Shown here one piece after another: positions 20,589 to 33,822 of a stretch of 64,000 nucleotides of DNA (its first letter is position 1; each line of letters starts with the position of its first letter). Location: contig NW_027191454.1 in assembly GCF_011745625.1 (NCBI RefSeq), positions 620,001 to 684,000 on the forward strand. The letters run 5' to 3'. Under the pieces are notes generated by a model. It was given only the letters and a program-made list of their open reading frames with translations, was not told where the DNA came from and made no database searches. The translations under genes and the position numbers were made by a program. The stretch is from Cladosporium halotolerans. Its lineage: Eukaryota.

Positions 20589-22405
20589 GCAAGAATCCAC
20601 CGTCTAGCCACTGCCGCCCAAGCGCTGAGAGGAGCCGGAGGAGGAGCCAACTACTCTCGATGAGACACGCAGATCCACCAGACGCAAGCCACGCAGATCG
20701 TGCACGTGTGACCGTACAGTCCGACGTCCCAGACGAAATCTCAAATACATGATCCTCGCGACGTTCTCTCACCCCTGCGCCTCCCCTGTTCGTCCAAGCG
20801 GCCTGCACATGCGGTGGTTAGTAGTGACGCGGTCCAGCCAACAGACGCCATCCCCATCCTTCGTCTCGCCAGCTCTCCGCATCAACGCCGGCACTGCACG
20901 ACGGATCCTGCACTCGCGAGCGCCAGACCCGCCTGCCGCCCGGCAATCGAATCGGAGCCGTGGCCGTCAAACGGCTGTTGAGAAAAGAAGACGTGGCCGA
21001 ACAAGGCAAGCGCCACGCCCACAAGGCCCAAGACTTGAAGGAACGCGGCATGGCCGCAAGAGCACCCTCATGTCATGCGCGCTGCGGCGTTCGAAGACAC
21101 ACGACCGACCGACCGAAACGGACAGACAGGTCCACGCGCCCAGCCGCCCGCCGCGGCACGCACGCAACTCCCGGCCCACTTCTTCACGTATGTACAGATG
21201 TAGAAGGCGCACACAGACGTAGGGTTCGGATCGCCATCTCCAGCCCCGTAGCCAGAAAAAGGACACCGCAGGATAAAAAAAAAAAAGGGCAAGCAGAGAC
21301 GAAGCCTCCACGGAACGAGCTCCTTCGTCCCGCGCGCGAATGGCCCCCCGGCCTGAGACGGCGCGCGGCGGCTGAGTCAGTGGCCGTTCCTTAGGGCTCG
21401 TCCTGTCATGTCTCGTGAGAAAGGTGGAGCGAACATGGCCGGCAATCTATCGCAATCGTCGCGTCTGCGCTAGAAGGGCGAAACCGCGCGTTCTGCCGGA
21501 CTACTACTCGAGGACGTTGGCAGTCGGTCAGGTCGGTCGCCGTTTAGTGCTGAAGTCAATTGCTCGCGATCCGTTGCATCAGGATGTCGTGCCGCGCATG
21601 CTGTAGCGGCCGTTGAACAATCGCGCGGTGGCAGAAAGACTCGTACCCGGTTACGAGCCGGTACGCTTCTTTCCTCCCGACTAATTACCTACCTTAGAGC
21701 GGACGCCTGATGAGATGATTTGTGTATCCTGACTTCACGAAGAGTCCGAAGTGCCATGAGAGCTGTGCTGCCCGAACGCTACGCCTGCTCTTTCTCTCTC
21801 CCTCTCTCTCACGCGAGATTCGAGCCGCGTACTTTAGCGCTTGGCGTCGCCACGCCGAAACACACAGGGCTGGGGTCGCTGACGACGCTCTGAGGCCGGG
21901 GCGAGCGACACGAAGCGCTGGAGGGCGCAGCAGTCGCTGGGCTGCTGCGCCCGCTTGCTGGAGAGCGTCTTTCGAAAATAGGATGGGCGAACTAGGTACA
22001 CGCTCTTTCTCTGTATACACGGTCTATAGATCCTTCCCTATCTTATTGCATCTACCGCTCGATTTTTACCGAAATCTGTTTCATACGTACTTGCCGCATT
22101 TTCTTGCGTTTTCGAGCCAGAAATCGCTACAGTAGCGCTTGTGCATATTCTCCGATACGGCCATCTCCTAGCTTCACCAGATCAACCCGAACCGAGTCGA
22201 ATCGCCACGCGACGCAACCCCGCGCCACAATTGCATGACGGCCGCGATCCTGCTCGACTCTCGCATTTCTCACGGCCGCCCTCACTTTGGATAACAACCC
22301 GACGACGATAAAACGATACAGTAGACGACTGCAGAACCCTCTCCGCACAGACACAGGGGGGCGCAGACCTCACAGCACAGCACATCACACATCACAGCAC
22401 GCAAG

Positions 22406-23494
22406 ATGCAATTACCAACAACACTCCAATCCCTCCTCCTCCTCCCCATCCTCCCCCTCACAGCCCTAGCGCAACAACGCGCCTGCAACAATGCCCCCTC
22501 CCTCTGCTCAACGCCCTACAACAGCCTGACCCACCTGGGCGCGCACGACAGCCCGTTCGTCCGCGACGGCTCGACCTCCTTCAGCACGTCCGGCAACCAA
22601 TTCTACAACAGCACCGTGCAGCTCGAAGCCGGCGTGCGGCTGCTGAGCGCGCAGGTGCACTCGTCGGCCGACGGGACGTGGCGCCTGTGCCACAGCAGCT
22701 GCGACCTGCTGGACGCGGGGACGTTGAGCGACTGGCTGGGGGAGGTGAAGGGGTTTCTGGACGGGAATCCGGACGAGGTGGTGACGGTGCTGTTGGTGAA
22801 TTCGGACGGGGCGACGGCGGCGGATTTGAGGGGCGAGTATGCGGCGGCGGGGGTGGAGGGGTATGCGTACCAGCCGCAGCAGGGCGGGGCGCAGGGAGGA
22901 GGGGAGTGGCCGACGCTGGGGGAGATGGTTGGGAGCGGCAAGAGGCTGGTGAGCTTCGTCGCGTCGCTGGAGGATAACACCGGCGCGGCGTATTTGCTCA
23001 ACGAGTTCGACTACGTGTTCGAGAACAGCTTTGAGAACTCGCAGTTTTCGGATTTCTCGTGCGCGCCGGACAGGCCGGCGAGTGTTAGCGGGAGTGCGAG
23101 CGAGGCTGTGTCGTCCGGGCGGATGGCGCTGATGAACCACTTCCTGTACCAGGACCAGGCGTTTGGCATCCAGTCGCCGGACGTCGGGAACCTGACGACG
23201 ACGAACGCGCCGGGCAACGCGACGGGCAACCTCGGCCTGCACCTCGGGCGCTGCACGCGGGAGTACGGCGTGCAGCCGACGTTCGTGCTGGTGGACTTCT
23301 TCAACGTCGGGCCGGCGATCGAGGCCGTGGACTCGGCTAACGGGGTGGCGAGCCCCGTGGGCAGGAGGAGCGTCCCCAATAGAGTGCTCACCGAGGAATC
23401 CGAGTCGTCGGCGGCGGCAGGCGCGAACGCGGCGTTCCGGCGCTGGAGTCTGGCTCTCGTCGCGGTCGTGCTCGGTTATGCGGTCTGCCGCTAG
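22406..23494 (+). CDS. Secreted, probably GPI-anchored PLC-like phosphodiesterase
   Basis: Signal peptide, ACNNAPSLC, LGAHDS, QLEAGVRLL, LCHSSC, NPDEVVTVLLVN, WPTLGEMV, NHFLY, VLVDFF, and a hydrophobic C-terminal tail. Confidence 0.88.
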   Translation: MQLPTTLQSLLLLPILPLTALAQQRACNNAPSLCSTPYNSLTHLGAHDSPFVRDGSTSFSTSGNQFYNSTVQLEAGVRLLSAQVHSSADGTWRLCHSSCDLLDAGTLSDWLGEVKGFLDGNPDEVVTVLLVNSDGATAADLRGEYAAAGVEGYAYQPQQGGAQGGGEWPTLGEMVGSGKRLVSFVASLEDNTGAAYLLNEFDYVFENSFENSQFSDFSCAPDRPASVSGSASEAVSSGRMALMNHFLYQDQAFGIQSPDVGNLTTTNAPGNATGNLGLHLGRCTREYGVQPTFVLVDFFNVGPAIEAVDSANGVASPVGRRSVPNRVLTEESESSAAAGANAAFRRWSLALVAVVLGYAVCR

Positions 23495-26135
23495 GGATGG
23501 CTGCGGCGAGAACGGGTGGGAGTATGGTATGGCGATACCGCGTGCTCGGGACGTAGTTTGGATAAATAGCTGCATTTGCTTTATTTGGTGAAAACATTAG
23601 CGCATCACACGGAGCAGATAAATTGAAGTCGTGGCCTGCAGTTGAGCTGCGCGCAGTGCGTTCGCCTGCCCGAAAACATTCGTGCCACACAGTACCTACC
23701 GTCCTCCTATCGACGGCGCAAGAGGGCATGCGCGTCGTCGAATCCAGAATCAAGCAAAAGTAAGGCTCACGGTGTCACCGCGCACCGAATCTCTGTGTAC
23801 CACTCACCGGAGCAGCGATTCGGTTACCGGTGCCAGGAATGCAGTTCCGACGAGACGGATCTGTCGCAACACGGCATGTGAGAGCGAGGCGGAATGTGCG
23901 TCTTGCGCCTGGTGACCGGGCCTGGGACCATTCCGCGCTCGACGCGCGCGTCGGGACGCTGGGCGTGGGAGGAGCGCGCATTCACTTCAACCAAGGTGAG
24001 GTCCGGCAGAGAGGGCGAGGCAGCTGCCATGGCGCCGAGGCGTGGTGCCACTGGGTTCGCGAGGCTGGCCGACACATGCCAATGACATGTCACGTGGAGG
24101 AAAGCGAGGGCTTTTAGGCTGATGTGTGGCACTCGAGACGCGGGAGGCTCGAAGCAGGCGATTTGGGAGTGTGCAAGCAGCTGCGTGATGTCCTCGTTAT
24201 GCGCGGCGATTGTGCGGCGGGCGACATGAGCTGCTGCGCGATGCAAGGATGCAATGCAGGCGGCGGGCGGTGGTGGTGGTGTGTTGTCGAGGTTGCTTGC
24301 CGGGGGCGGTGGAGGGTGTAGTCGAGGTCGCAGGCGCAGGACGCAGGTCGCAGGTCCGCCACGGCCCTTCCGCCCGTCGTCGTCGTTCGCTGGGGCGCAC
24401 AGAGGCAGCCCCGGGGCATCGGGACGAATGCGAAGCTGTCAAACCACGACAGGCCGGTGGCGGCACTGCATGGGCGGGCGCGGCGTGTGTCGCGGGCGAG
24501 GTGCTGGCGGCGCTGTATCGCTGGCTCACCGACGCTCCGGCACCGCAGGCTCGGAGCGCGCACGCGATCGCAGAAGCTCGGTCTGCGCGCTGGTTGCGGG
24601 CCCGAGAGACATCGTGCGGCCAAGGCAGCGCGCACCGCTCGAGGTCGTGGATGGTGGACGTCGTGGCATGCAGCGTTGCGGCACCGCGTCTGCTCTGCGT
24701 CTGCGGCGGCCCAGGGCGCGTGGGCGTGGGCGGCGGAAAAAAGGCTGGGTGCAGGCGGTCCGGTGGGCGCGCCGGTGCAGTGCCGCGACAGCAGACGTCG
24801 TTCATCTCGTGTTCTCTTGCCGTGACGATATCGTGCACGGCGCGTCGACGCACCCGCCGGCCTGTAGCGCCCTGCCCTGGTAATGTCCATGCCTCGTCCC
24901 TTGGCCCAGCGCGCGGGCAAGCCTCGGCAGGCAACCGAGACGCATGTCTGCCAGGGAGGCACTGACTGCACGACAGCCGGGCGGTGGATCAGATGTAATA
25001 ATGTCGCGTACCGGAGGGTGAGGAGGGGCAGTGGGCCGGGCGAGGAGGTGAGCGTGGGCGGCGGCGGCAGCAGCGATGCCTGTTGGAGGCCTCAGAGGCG
25101 CACGGCACCTGAGGCCTGTCATGGCCGAAAAGAGACATCGCATGGAGGACTGGCGCGCGATTTGGCAGGCGGTGCCTTCCCGGGTCGACGGCGCAAGCGA
25201 CGCCTCGAACATCCCTGCGCACATCGGCGGGCGGGTCAGATTGGGGCAGATCTGGCGAGCGCGGCCAGCATCGACCCCTGCGCACCTGCATGCGGGAGGA
25301 GTCGGCGTGCACGGCGTGGGAGGGTAGCGTTGGATGATTTGAGAAAATGGCGGAGCGTGGGTGCGCGCACCGCGCGGCCAGGACGCTACATGCCACACCA
25401 TCGTGCCGGCGGCGCAGGAGCAGCAGCGAGCGCAGGCATGGACGGCACGGCTCACGATCGGCTGGTCATGGTCATGCCATGCAATCGCAACTCCGTCGTC
25501 TCGAGATCCCTCACCTCTCGCGCCGCTGCGTCGTCATGACTGCTGCCCGCCGCCGCCTCGTGCGCCACACGACAGCGGCACACGACAGCACCCAATGCCG
25601 GCGTTGCGTTCGCGGGCACGCCGCGGACTGTGAACGCCTCCTGTCGCAGCAGCAGCAGTCGCTCGGGATGCTTCCGTCGCACTCGGTCCGACGCCGCTGA
25701 AGACGGCAGGCGTACCTTGGAACTGTACTGTACAGTGGACGACGGCGGCCGGGCGGCGAGGGGGACGGCCACGAGATGTCACGACGGCGCTACTGCCCCG
25801 CCGGCGCTCGTCACCACGAGTGCCGGTGACAGTGGGTGACAGCTCCGCCAACCGCTGCCGTCAAGCAGGCTACTGCACCCGCGCTGCACGCCTGGCTGGC
25901 CTCGCCTCGGTTGTCGTCGCTGGAGCACATACAGAGCGGCGACACGGCGACGGACAACCTGACGTGCAGGCGCCCAGCCCTGGGTGCGCGGCGGCTGCTT
26001 GCTTGGCTGGCCGCGTGGGGCGCATCAGGTTCAGGCCGCCGAGCCACGGTGCCGGGCGTGGTGGTGCAGACAGGCCAGACGGGCCAGACAGGCACGACAG
26101 CGCCAGTTCGTGCGCACAGGCGGCGTGGACGGACG

Positions 26136-26169
26136 GTGGCAGTGGGCAGTGGGCAGTGGGCAGTAGGCA
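26136..26169 (+). repeat. Minisatellite (GTGGGCA)~5, degenerate
   Basis: gtggca gtgggca gtgggca gtgggca gtaggca read directly. Confidence 0.8.
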
Positions 26170-28271
26170 CGGGCGTGGGCGTGGACTGGCATGGGCCGGC
26201 GCGGGCTTGGGCGAGGCCTGGGGCGTGCGGCGTCGGCGGCGGCAGGCACCTCAGGGCAGACAGGCAGACTGGGCAAGATCAGACGGGGGCTTGGCGACGC
26301 CGGCAGCCCGGTCGTGCTGCTCGAGTCGCGCGTGCGGGCGGGCCAAAACGGCGATCCGCGCGCCGGGCCTGCCTCAGCCCTCCGATGGCCGCGCCGATCA
26401 GCCCGGGCTGCGATCGCGCTAGCCGCGGGAGCAGGGAACCTTAGGCAGGCAGGCCGGCGGGAGCAGGGTTCCTCAGGCACGCAGGCAGGCGGGCAGGCGC
26501 CCGCTGTCTGTCGGCGACTGTGGCGTCGCGCACATGCCCCAGCTCGATGTAGCTCAATGCCCCCAAGCCCACACCCGCCCACAGCCCTCACGTCGCTGCA
26601 CCACCTCCTCGCCCGCCCGTCACGCCCATGCGTGGATGCGCCGCTCTGCTGATCGCGCGCTGTGTTGTTGCCGTGCAGCGTCGTGCTGGCCCTCCCCATC
26701 CCGAGAGACGCTCACGCCCTGCCCGTCCACCGCAGCCCGCGCGCGGCCACTCCTCGCGCCACCTGCGTCTCGCGTGCCCGCGCGCCGTCGACGTCGGGCG
26801 TGCCTGATCCTTCCAGCCGCTGAAGTTTCATTCCTATTGCGCACAAAGGCAATTACGAGTCAACGCCCGCCGCGAATAGCAAATGCAAGGACGGCGAAGA
26901 CGGCAGCCCGCCCTTGGGCCACGCCGCCTCCCATCGCTCCCATCGTTTCCATCGCTCCAATCGCTCCAATCGCCCCTGGCCATCATCGTCCGTCCGCTGC
27001 CCACCGCCGTGATCCTGGATCCATCCATCGGTAATCCCCCTGCTCCACTCCCACCGCGCCAATGGCTCGCATACCCGGTCGAGCCTGTGCCCCTACCGTA
27101 CAGCAGATAGTGCAATCATCCATGCGCCTCCCCCAAACGCCCACCCTCCGGCGCGCGACGACAGGTGGCCGCGGTGCCCGGGCGTTGGGAGCGGCGGCGT
27201 GGAGCTCGTGCGGTTTGCAGTGCCTCGAAGCGGTATGGGGAGGCCCGCGGCGCCGTCGCCGTTGGTTGCGGCACCGGCGTGCCTCAGGGAAACTGGGTTA
27301 GCTAGGCCCGGCATGCTGCGATGACGCCCCGGCTCTGCATGGGCTCCATCCGCCGGCCACGCTGCAGGTCCGCAAGTGGACGTAGCGTGCAGTGTGCAGT
27401 GGGCATCGCGCGCTCTGGGCGGCGCGACTGCGCGATGCGGCCCGTTCGATCTGGCTCCTGACGACCTGTAGCCTGTCGCCCTAGCCCTGCGCCTGTCCAG
27501 CGCCCACGGCCTGTCCGCGCGCGCCTGAGCCTGCCCTCTGTGCCCTCTGCTGCCCTCTGCTGCCCACTACCGCCGCCCGCTCACCACTGCCCGCCCTGCC
27601 TCGCGCCGCCCGCCGGCCCCTGTGGCGCTACGAGCTGTCATCAACCCCCCCAGCGATGCTCGGGATCCGCACCACCCTTGTCCTCCCGCCCGCCCTGCTG
27701 TTTTGCTACGGCCTGCAGCACTGCATAAGCGCGAAGGCCTCTGCCCTCGCCCAGCCGGCCAGCACGAAATGGGATCGGCCACATAAGCTCTGCCTGCAGC
27801 TCCTCCACCCAACTGCCTGAGTGCTGGAGGCCACTCGGCCCTGCTCCACTCGCCAGCACTACCCTCCCTCGTCTCGCTAATCCGATCGCTCGACGCTACC
27901 CACCAGCCCAACGGCTTCTCCCTCGCTCGCGTCAGACTCGACCGTCAATTCGGGCGTCAACTCCGACCTCCAGCGTCTGTATGCCCAGTTTCTTGTTGTG
28001 GGTGGAGCGACGAGTTTCGATTGCTCAACTGCAAACCTACCTCGCGGCTTCTTCCCTGCAGACCCGGCACCCCAGCCCGCCGCATCCCTCCTCCACTGCC
28101 AGCTTCTAGGCTCAAGCCGCGTTTCGTCCCTCGTCGCCCCGGACGGTGAGACTGGGTCCATCGTCACGCTCTTCATCATCATCGCCTGGTTGACTGCATC
28201 GCTGCCAACTCGGCCACTCAACCGATCAATTCATGACTTGACTCTGCCAGACACCTTCTACAGCGGCAACA

Positions 28272-29918
28272 ATGGGAGACACAGGACCATTGGACTATCG
28301 TCGTCAGACCGTTGTCTGTCCACCTCGAATGCACGACCGCCGACGACGCTCACCTCGTCTGCCAACTCCGGAGGCCTCCCGTAGCAGCAACGGATCTCTT
28401 GACGAGCAAATTCCTCGAACTTACGCTCGTGACGGCATGCGTATCTGTTCTCTTCTCACATCCGACCGGCCTGATGGTCGTGACGAGGGTTCTCGGCAGA
28501 GCAACGGTGATGTGGTGATGCGAGACGACGCTCGAAGCCGCTACGCACCGCGATCACCGCCTTACCAGCACGCTGACGATCGAAAGCCCTCTCTTCCACC
28601 ATTGAAAACGGTAAGATGCTCACTGCGCTCAATGCAGAGTCACGACTGATCGAAGACAGGTGTTGAACGGCACGATCAACTCCCCGCCTGACACTCCTCT
28701 GACGCTCCAGAGCTCATTCCAGCCCGGGCCCCGTGAGCCGACCTTCACTGCGTCGACGTACAAGCCGCCTGGGCTGTACCCCAACAAGAAGCCGCGAACG
28801 GAAGCCGGCTTCGATCCATCCCCTACTTTCAAGCCTCGTAGCAGCATGAGCTCTCCAGGCTTAGCATCGACGAATCTCGAGCCAAGGCCCGGTTACTCCG
28901 TTGGGAGGGAGAGTGTTTCGCACGGTCACTCTACGCCGCGACTGGGGCACGAAAGCGGTCGTCGTCTGTCGTTGTACTCGGTGCCGACGTTGCGGCACGA
29001 TCAAACATCACCCGGCACGATCAATTACCAGCATTCGCGAGGGTTCGTCGACGATTTGCACCCGCGCGGTCACGGTTCGACAGCCAACGGCCGCTACAGA
29101 TCGCCCGAGCAGGCAGCTCCTCCATCGTCCAGGTCAGAGCCGCTGTACACGCATCCGCCAGTAGCGCAGCCGCGACAGGCAGCTGACTACTTCGGCTCGT
29201 CCGCAAGCGACCGATACGCGCTCCCGTCCGACCACACGTCCTCAAGACGATCGTCCATCATGAGCCAGCGCGACTTCGTCCCACCGCCCGCAGTCGATCC
29301 CTCGCGCGTCGGCTACGCGCAATCGAGATCCCCTCACTACACGCTCCCGTTGCGCGACGACGCGCGGGAACAACAGCACGCGCACTACGTCGACCGCAAC
29401 GGCGTGCGGCAGCCCGAACCGTACATGCGCGCGGGCTACCAGGACGCGCAGCCGACGTTTTTCATGCCCAGCCACTACGACTACCAGCAGGGCAAGACGC
29501 GCAAGCGCAGCAACCTGCCCAAGCAGTCGACGGAGATCATGAAGACCTGGTTCGATCAGGTAGGTTGGAAGCAGCGGCGGCGGCGGCGGCAGCAGCAGCA
29601 GCAGCACATTCGAGGACGGAGGACGATGGACGCTAACGGAACGCCCAACACAGAACATCGCAAACCCCTACCCGTCCGAAGAGCAGAAGTCCATCTTCTC
29701 CAACGTAAGCACACACTCCCCCACGCGAACTCGACCGCTCGCAAAAAAACAGACCCGCTAACCCCACGCGCGAGCCGCAGGCGACCGGCATCAGCATGAC
29801 CCAGGTCAGCAACTGGTTCATCAACCACCGCCGGCGCTGCCCGGAGCTGCGCGACAAGCGAGACAAGACCGCGCGCATCGGCGGCGGCGGCGGCGGCGGC
29901 CTCGACGGCTGCGAGTAA
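28272..29918 (+). CDS. TALE-class (Homeobox_KN; Cup9/TGIF-like) homeodomain transcription factor; start 28272 (or 28329/28437); introns 28611-28659, 29560-29653, 29705-29780
   Basis: Spliced homeodomain RKRSNLPKQSTEIMKTWFDQ|NIANPYPSEEQKSIFSN|ATGISMTQVSNWFINHRRR with the PYP motif. All three introns are GT-AG phase 0. Stop TAA at 29916-29918. Confidence 0.92.
29571..29606 (+). repeat. Compound (CGG)n(CAG)n microsatellite in homeobox intron 2; a further (GGC)7 poly-Gly lies at 29880-29900
   Basis: gcagcggcggcggcggcggcagcagcagcagcagca read directly. Confidence 0.85.
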
Positions 29919-32900
29919 CAATCCGCCCCTCGCCTGGCGACCTGCCGTCAAGCCGGCGCGCTGGCAGCGCCCGGAACCCGCGACGACACGCGCTCCCGGT
30001 AGCGAGCCGAATCCGCCTGCTGCTGCCCGACGACCAAAGCAGCCCAGCTGCTGCGCGTCATGCGGGCCCAATAGCGGATAGCCGCACGCGGCGCGCACCT
30101 CTCCAAGCGAGCCCGAGCGAGAGCGACTGCAGCTTTCCGCTCGCAACGCGAGAATTCGCACCCGCCGTCCCGGAAACCCACAGGCCCAGAGCCAGGGAAA
30201 CCCGACCGAACGTGAACGAGCTCTCCGGCCCGGCACCCGATTGGCGCATAAACCGATTTTCCCTCCTGCACAGGCGACTGCAGTGCACTGCACTGCACTG
30301 CAGCAACAATAACGATAACAACAACGGCGAGGCGAGGCGATTCTGAACCCACTACCTTACCCGGCTCGCTTGCACGCAACCGGAGGGGGGGGGACTCAGC
30401 ACTCCCGGTCCCTCCAAGGCATCAATCACATGTATTCCTACGATTTTTCCGCCGCAGGCGCGCACGCGCGGCCGAGCCATGCGTGCATGCATGCACTACG
30501 GCAGGGCGAAAGACAGAGATTCTCCTCACCCGACATTCACGCGCCGTTCGATTTCCGGACCGGACCGGAGACGAAAACGCGCCAGATCGCGCGACGATGT
30601 GGACCAACCCGCACACGGCGCAGATGTCGTTCGTCCTACCTACGGATTTATCAAGCGAGCTGGCAAACATCTATTCCGGCCCAGAAGGGCAATCGCCAAA
30701 CGGGCCGAATCCGGCCGCGTTATGGACAGCTGGGTCGAAGGGAAGAGGAGGGGAGGGGAGGCGAGGCGAGGCGAGGCGGTACTGTCTGCGTTTAGGAAGG
30801 CGAAGCTCAGGCGGGCGCGTTTGTCGTTGGGTGTTGATTGTTGATGATTGCTGTCCTCGTGTGAGCACCGCGCGGCGCGGGCCTCGAGAGACCGCGGTTG
30901 GGGCTGCCCAATTCGTTCGTTTCCCTCCCACGCGTGGGGCGTGGACTGTATCCATTCACTTACTTACTTACTGGCGTGTAACGCGACGTACCGCAACCCA
31001 GGGCAGCGCTACAGACTTCCCCCCTTGCGCATCTCCTACCTTTCCTTCTTTCCCGTCGCGTGCTTCGAAGGTGCGAATACGAGCTTCCGCGCCTCGGATA
31101 CGAAGTCCCCGCTGTCCCCCAAAACGAATCCTTCCACAGGCCGTGGAGGATTGCTGCAGATCCTCACGTGCCGTGCGCCCCTCGGCCGGAGTTCAGCCGC
31201 CGTGACGGCCGGGGCGGCAGCGATGGATCGCTTGGCCTTGTTGGCCCGATCGTTGACAAGGGACGGACATCATACCTCGAGGCAACAGCAGGTTTGAGGC
31301 CGAGATGCGAGTGCTGCCAGGTTTCGGGGCGGGAAAGGCTTTGGTGGGCACCGAAGACAGCGGCCGAAGACGGCGGAGGCGAAGGCGAGCGCGCTAGGTG
31401 CCCGGGTTGGGAGAAAGGTGCGAGCTGGGGGGCTGCCTCGTCCGTCGCGACGGTCGAGGCTCGTCGCTGGCACGCGGTCGGTCGTTGGGCCAGCCGGCGT
31501 GGGCTGTAAGGCAAGGCGTGCAGATCCACTTGCGCGCTCGGCGATCTCGCGAGATCCAATGTCCGAAGGGAAGAGAAGCCGAGCAAGGGGATGTCGAGGC
31601 GTGACATCTGTCACATTCAGCCGCCTCGGTGTCTTTCGCTTACCATACTACGGCCTGAAGGCGCGCTTGCCGCGGAGAAGGAAGGGGGCGAGATCTTCAA
31701 GCTTTGGGTTGGGAGGGCAGAGAAGGTTTCGCCAACGTGCGTGACGAGAGCCGGGGCACTGGCGAGTCGGAGGCCCGGGGCGCAGTCCGCTCCGCGGGGA
31801 GGCTGCATGAGACTTGGCTTTTCGGGGGAGGACGCTGCGTTTGTAGGGGAACTTTGTTTGAGGAGGGACGATATACGAGGACGATTGTCGCCGTAAGACC
31901 GGGATGGGTTGGTTCTCTTGAAGTATCCAGTCGACTTCCGCTTGCTGCGTGTGAATTGATACAAGAGCATGTACGTACTGCGGCCGCAGGCGGTGCCAGG
32001 TGTTGAAGGCGGGAGTTCACCGCGCGACAGGCTTGTATCCATGGCTCAGGCGCGAACCTTGGCCTACTTTCGCCATGTGGCTTCCGCATGCCTTAGGGCG
32101 TGGCCACACGCCCACGTCTCAGCGAGCGGGAAGGCTGTTTCGGGCAAGGCGGCTATCCCTTCCTGGTAGGATGGCTTGTTTGGCTTTGTGGTTGATTTCG
32201 CCCGGTGGAGCGGAGAGTTCGATGACTGCTGATGGGATAGGGCTTCCGACAGAGGAAGCCCTGAAGATGGCCGATGACTTGAGGCTTGACAGCGTTCGTA
32301 CCTGCATCTGACTTGCTTGGGGTGATACTGGATGGCTTGCTTGACTCGTCCGTGTCCAAATGAGAGGTCTCAAGCATTCGCGCATAGTGTTGACATGCTT
32401 GTCACCAGAAGTTCCGTATGCTCCATGCTCATTGGACCATCGATCGGATCCATCGGCGACGTCATGTGGATCGCAAGATGTTTGAAATCACGGTGAAAGG
32501 TCTCGAGAGTGACCGATCTTACGGGCCTGACTGAAGCGTCTCGGCCCCGTTCGGTTGCCTTCATCCCTGGGATCTTCACGGCTGCGGGCGTCGAAGGTGA
32601 CATATGGAGTTGCCTGTATAGGCATATTGCAGATCAGTGTTACTGCGATAGAGTTTGCTTTAATGCAAGGTTCGCCCGATTAGTGTTTGCTGTGGCTTCG
32701 GCTCCTTCGCCTTCGCAACTTTGGTACGGTGCCGCCGCGGGCGAAGCCTATCGGCTCAAGCAATGATACCGTAGGACCGGCCAATGCAAGGGTAGTGTGA
32801 ACTCTGAAGGTGATCAGCTTTGGGGCTGAAGATGAGCAGTGGCGCCCAGACACGCCAGAGAGCGGGTGCCAGCTAAAGTTCAAACTAGCTTTTGACCGTG

Positions 32901-33822
32901 CTGTTGCAGATCTCGGTCGGGTCCGTCGTCGAACGGATGCGATAGCACGTGTGTCTTCATTTGCCCTTCAGCCACATGTCGATCAGCCCCGGCGCTGATA
33001 TAGCCTCGGCGGCTCGTATGGTGTACGACGAACATGCTTTTCGGCACTGAGGTCCCGCGCCAACATCTCTTCCAAGGACCCAGATCCGGGCAACGCACGT
33101 AATGCCAGCTTACCGATTTGCAATTTGACAGCTGTAGTCGTGTTGCGGAGTTCGCTAGCACCAGGCTTCTTGACTCATGCTGGCCGTTGATGCCTGTCAA
33201 AATGCAGAAGTGCGTTATGACCGCTGGCTGTCGCGGAGATTGACAGCGGTCGGACATATGATACACCGATGAGTTTGCCAACGAGCAGAGTGTGGTTGAG
33301 CCATGGCCCGATGGTCAGCGAGACCGTATTGTGCCGTACAATTGCATGCAGCTTGAGGTGCGGTCTTGGTTCAGGTTGTGGGTGGCTGGCGTGTGGCGGG
33401 GTGCTGACTCATGCCGAGGCAGCCGGCGACGAGAGACACCTCAGGCTGAGGAGGGCGCCACAGAAGGTCGTCTCGTTGAGCAGAAGAATACTACGGATGG
33501 CTGTGAAGTAGCTGCAGTCGGATGGACGTTGCAAAACAGTACATGCGAGATGGATGCTCAGATCTGTGCTTATGCGCTCCTGCAGCAATGCTGACGGGCG
33601 AGCGCGCCGCGACTATGTAGTGACCCCACGTCACGTCATGAACTCCGGCTCCGGCTGCGCGCTGGTCTCGAAGTCCAGCCATCGCCAATACCGACCGGGA
33701 CCAGCTTGAGTATCACTGACACAACTGCCATGGAGCAGTCGGACGTCGACCAAGCCCTCCTCTTCTCTGTCCTCGGATGATGCGCCTGCGCGACCACTCG
33801 CGGTATCGTGGGCGCTGCAGAC

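Noticed and set aside
24114..27911. Many 100-285-aa ORFs on both strands
   Set aside because: Arg/Ala/Pro/Cys-rich translations in all frames, typical of stop-poor high-GC non-coding DNA; no domains or codon bias.
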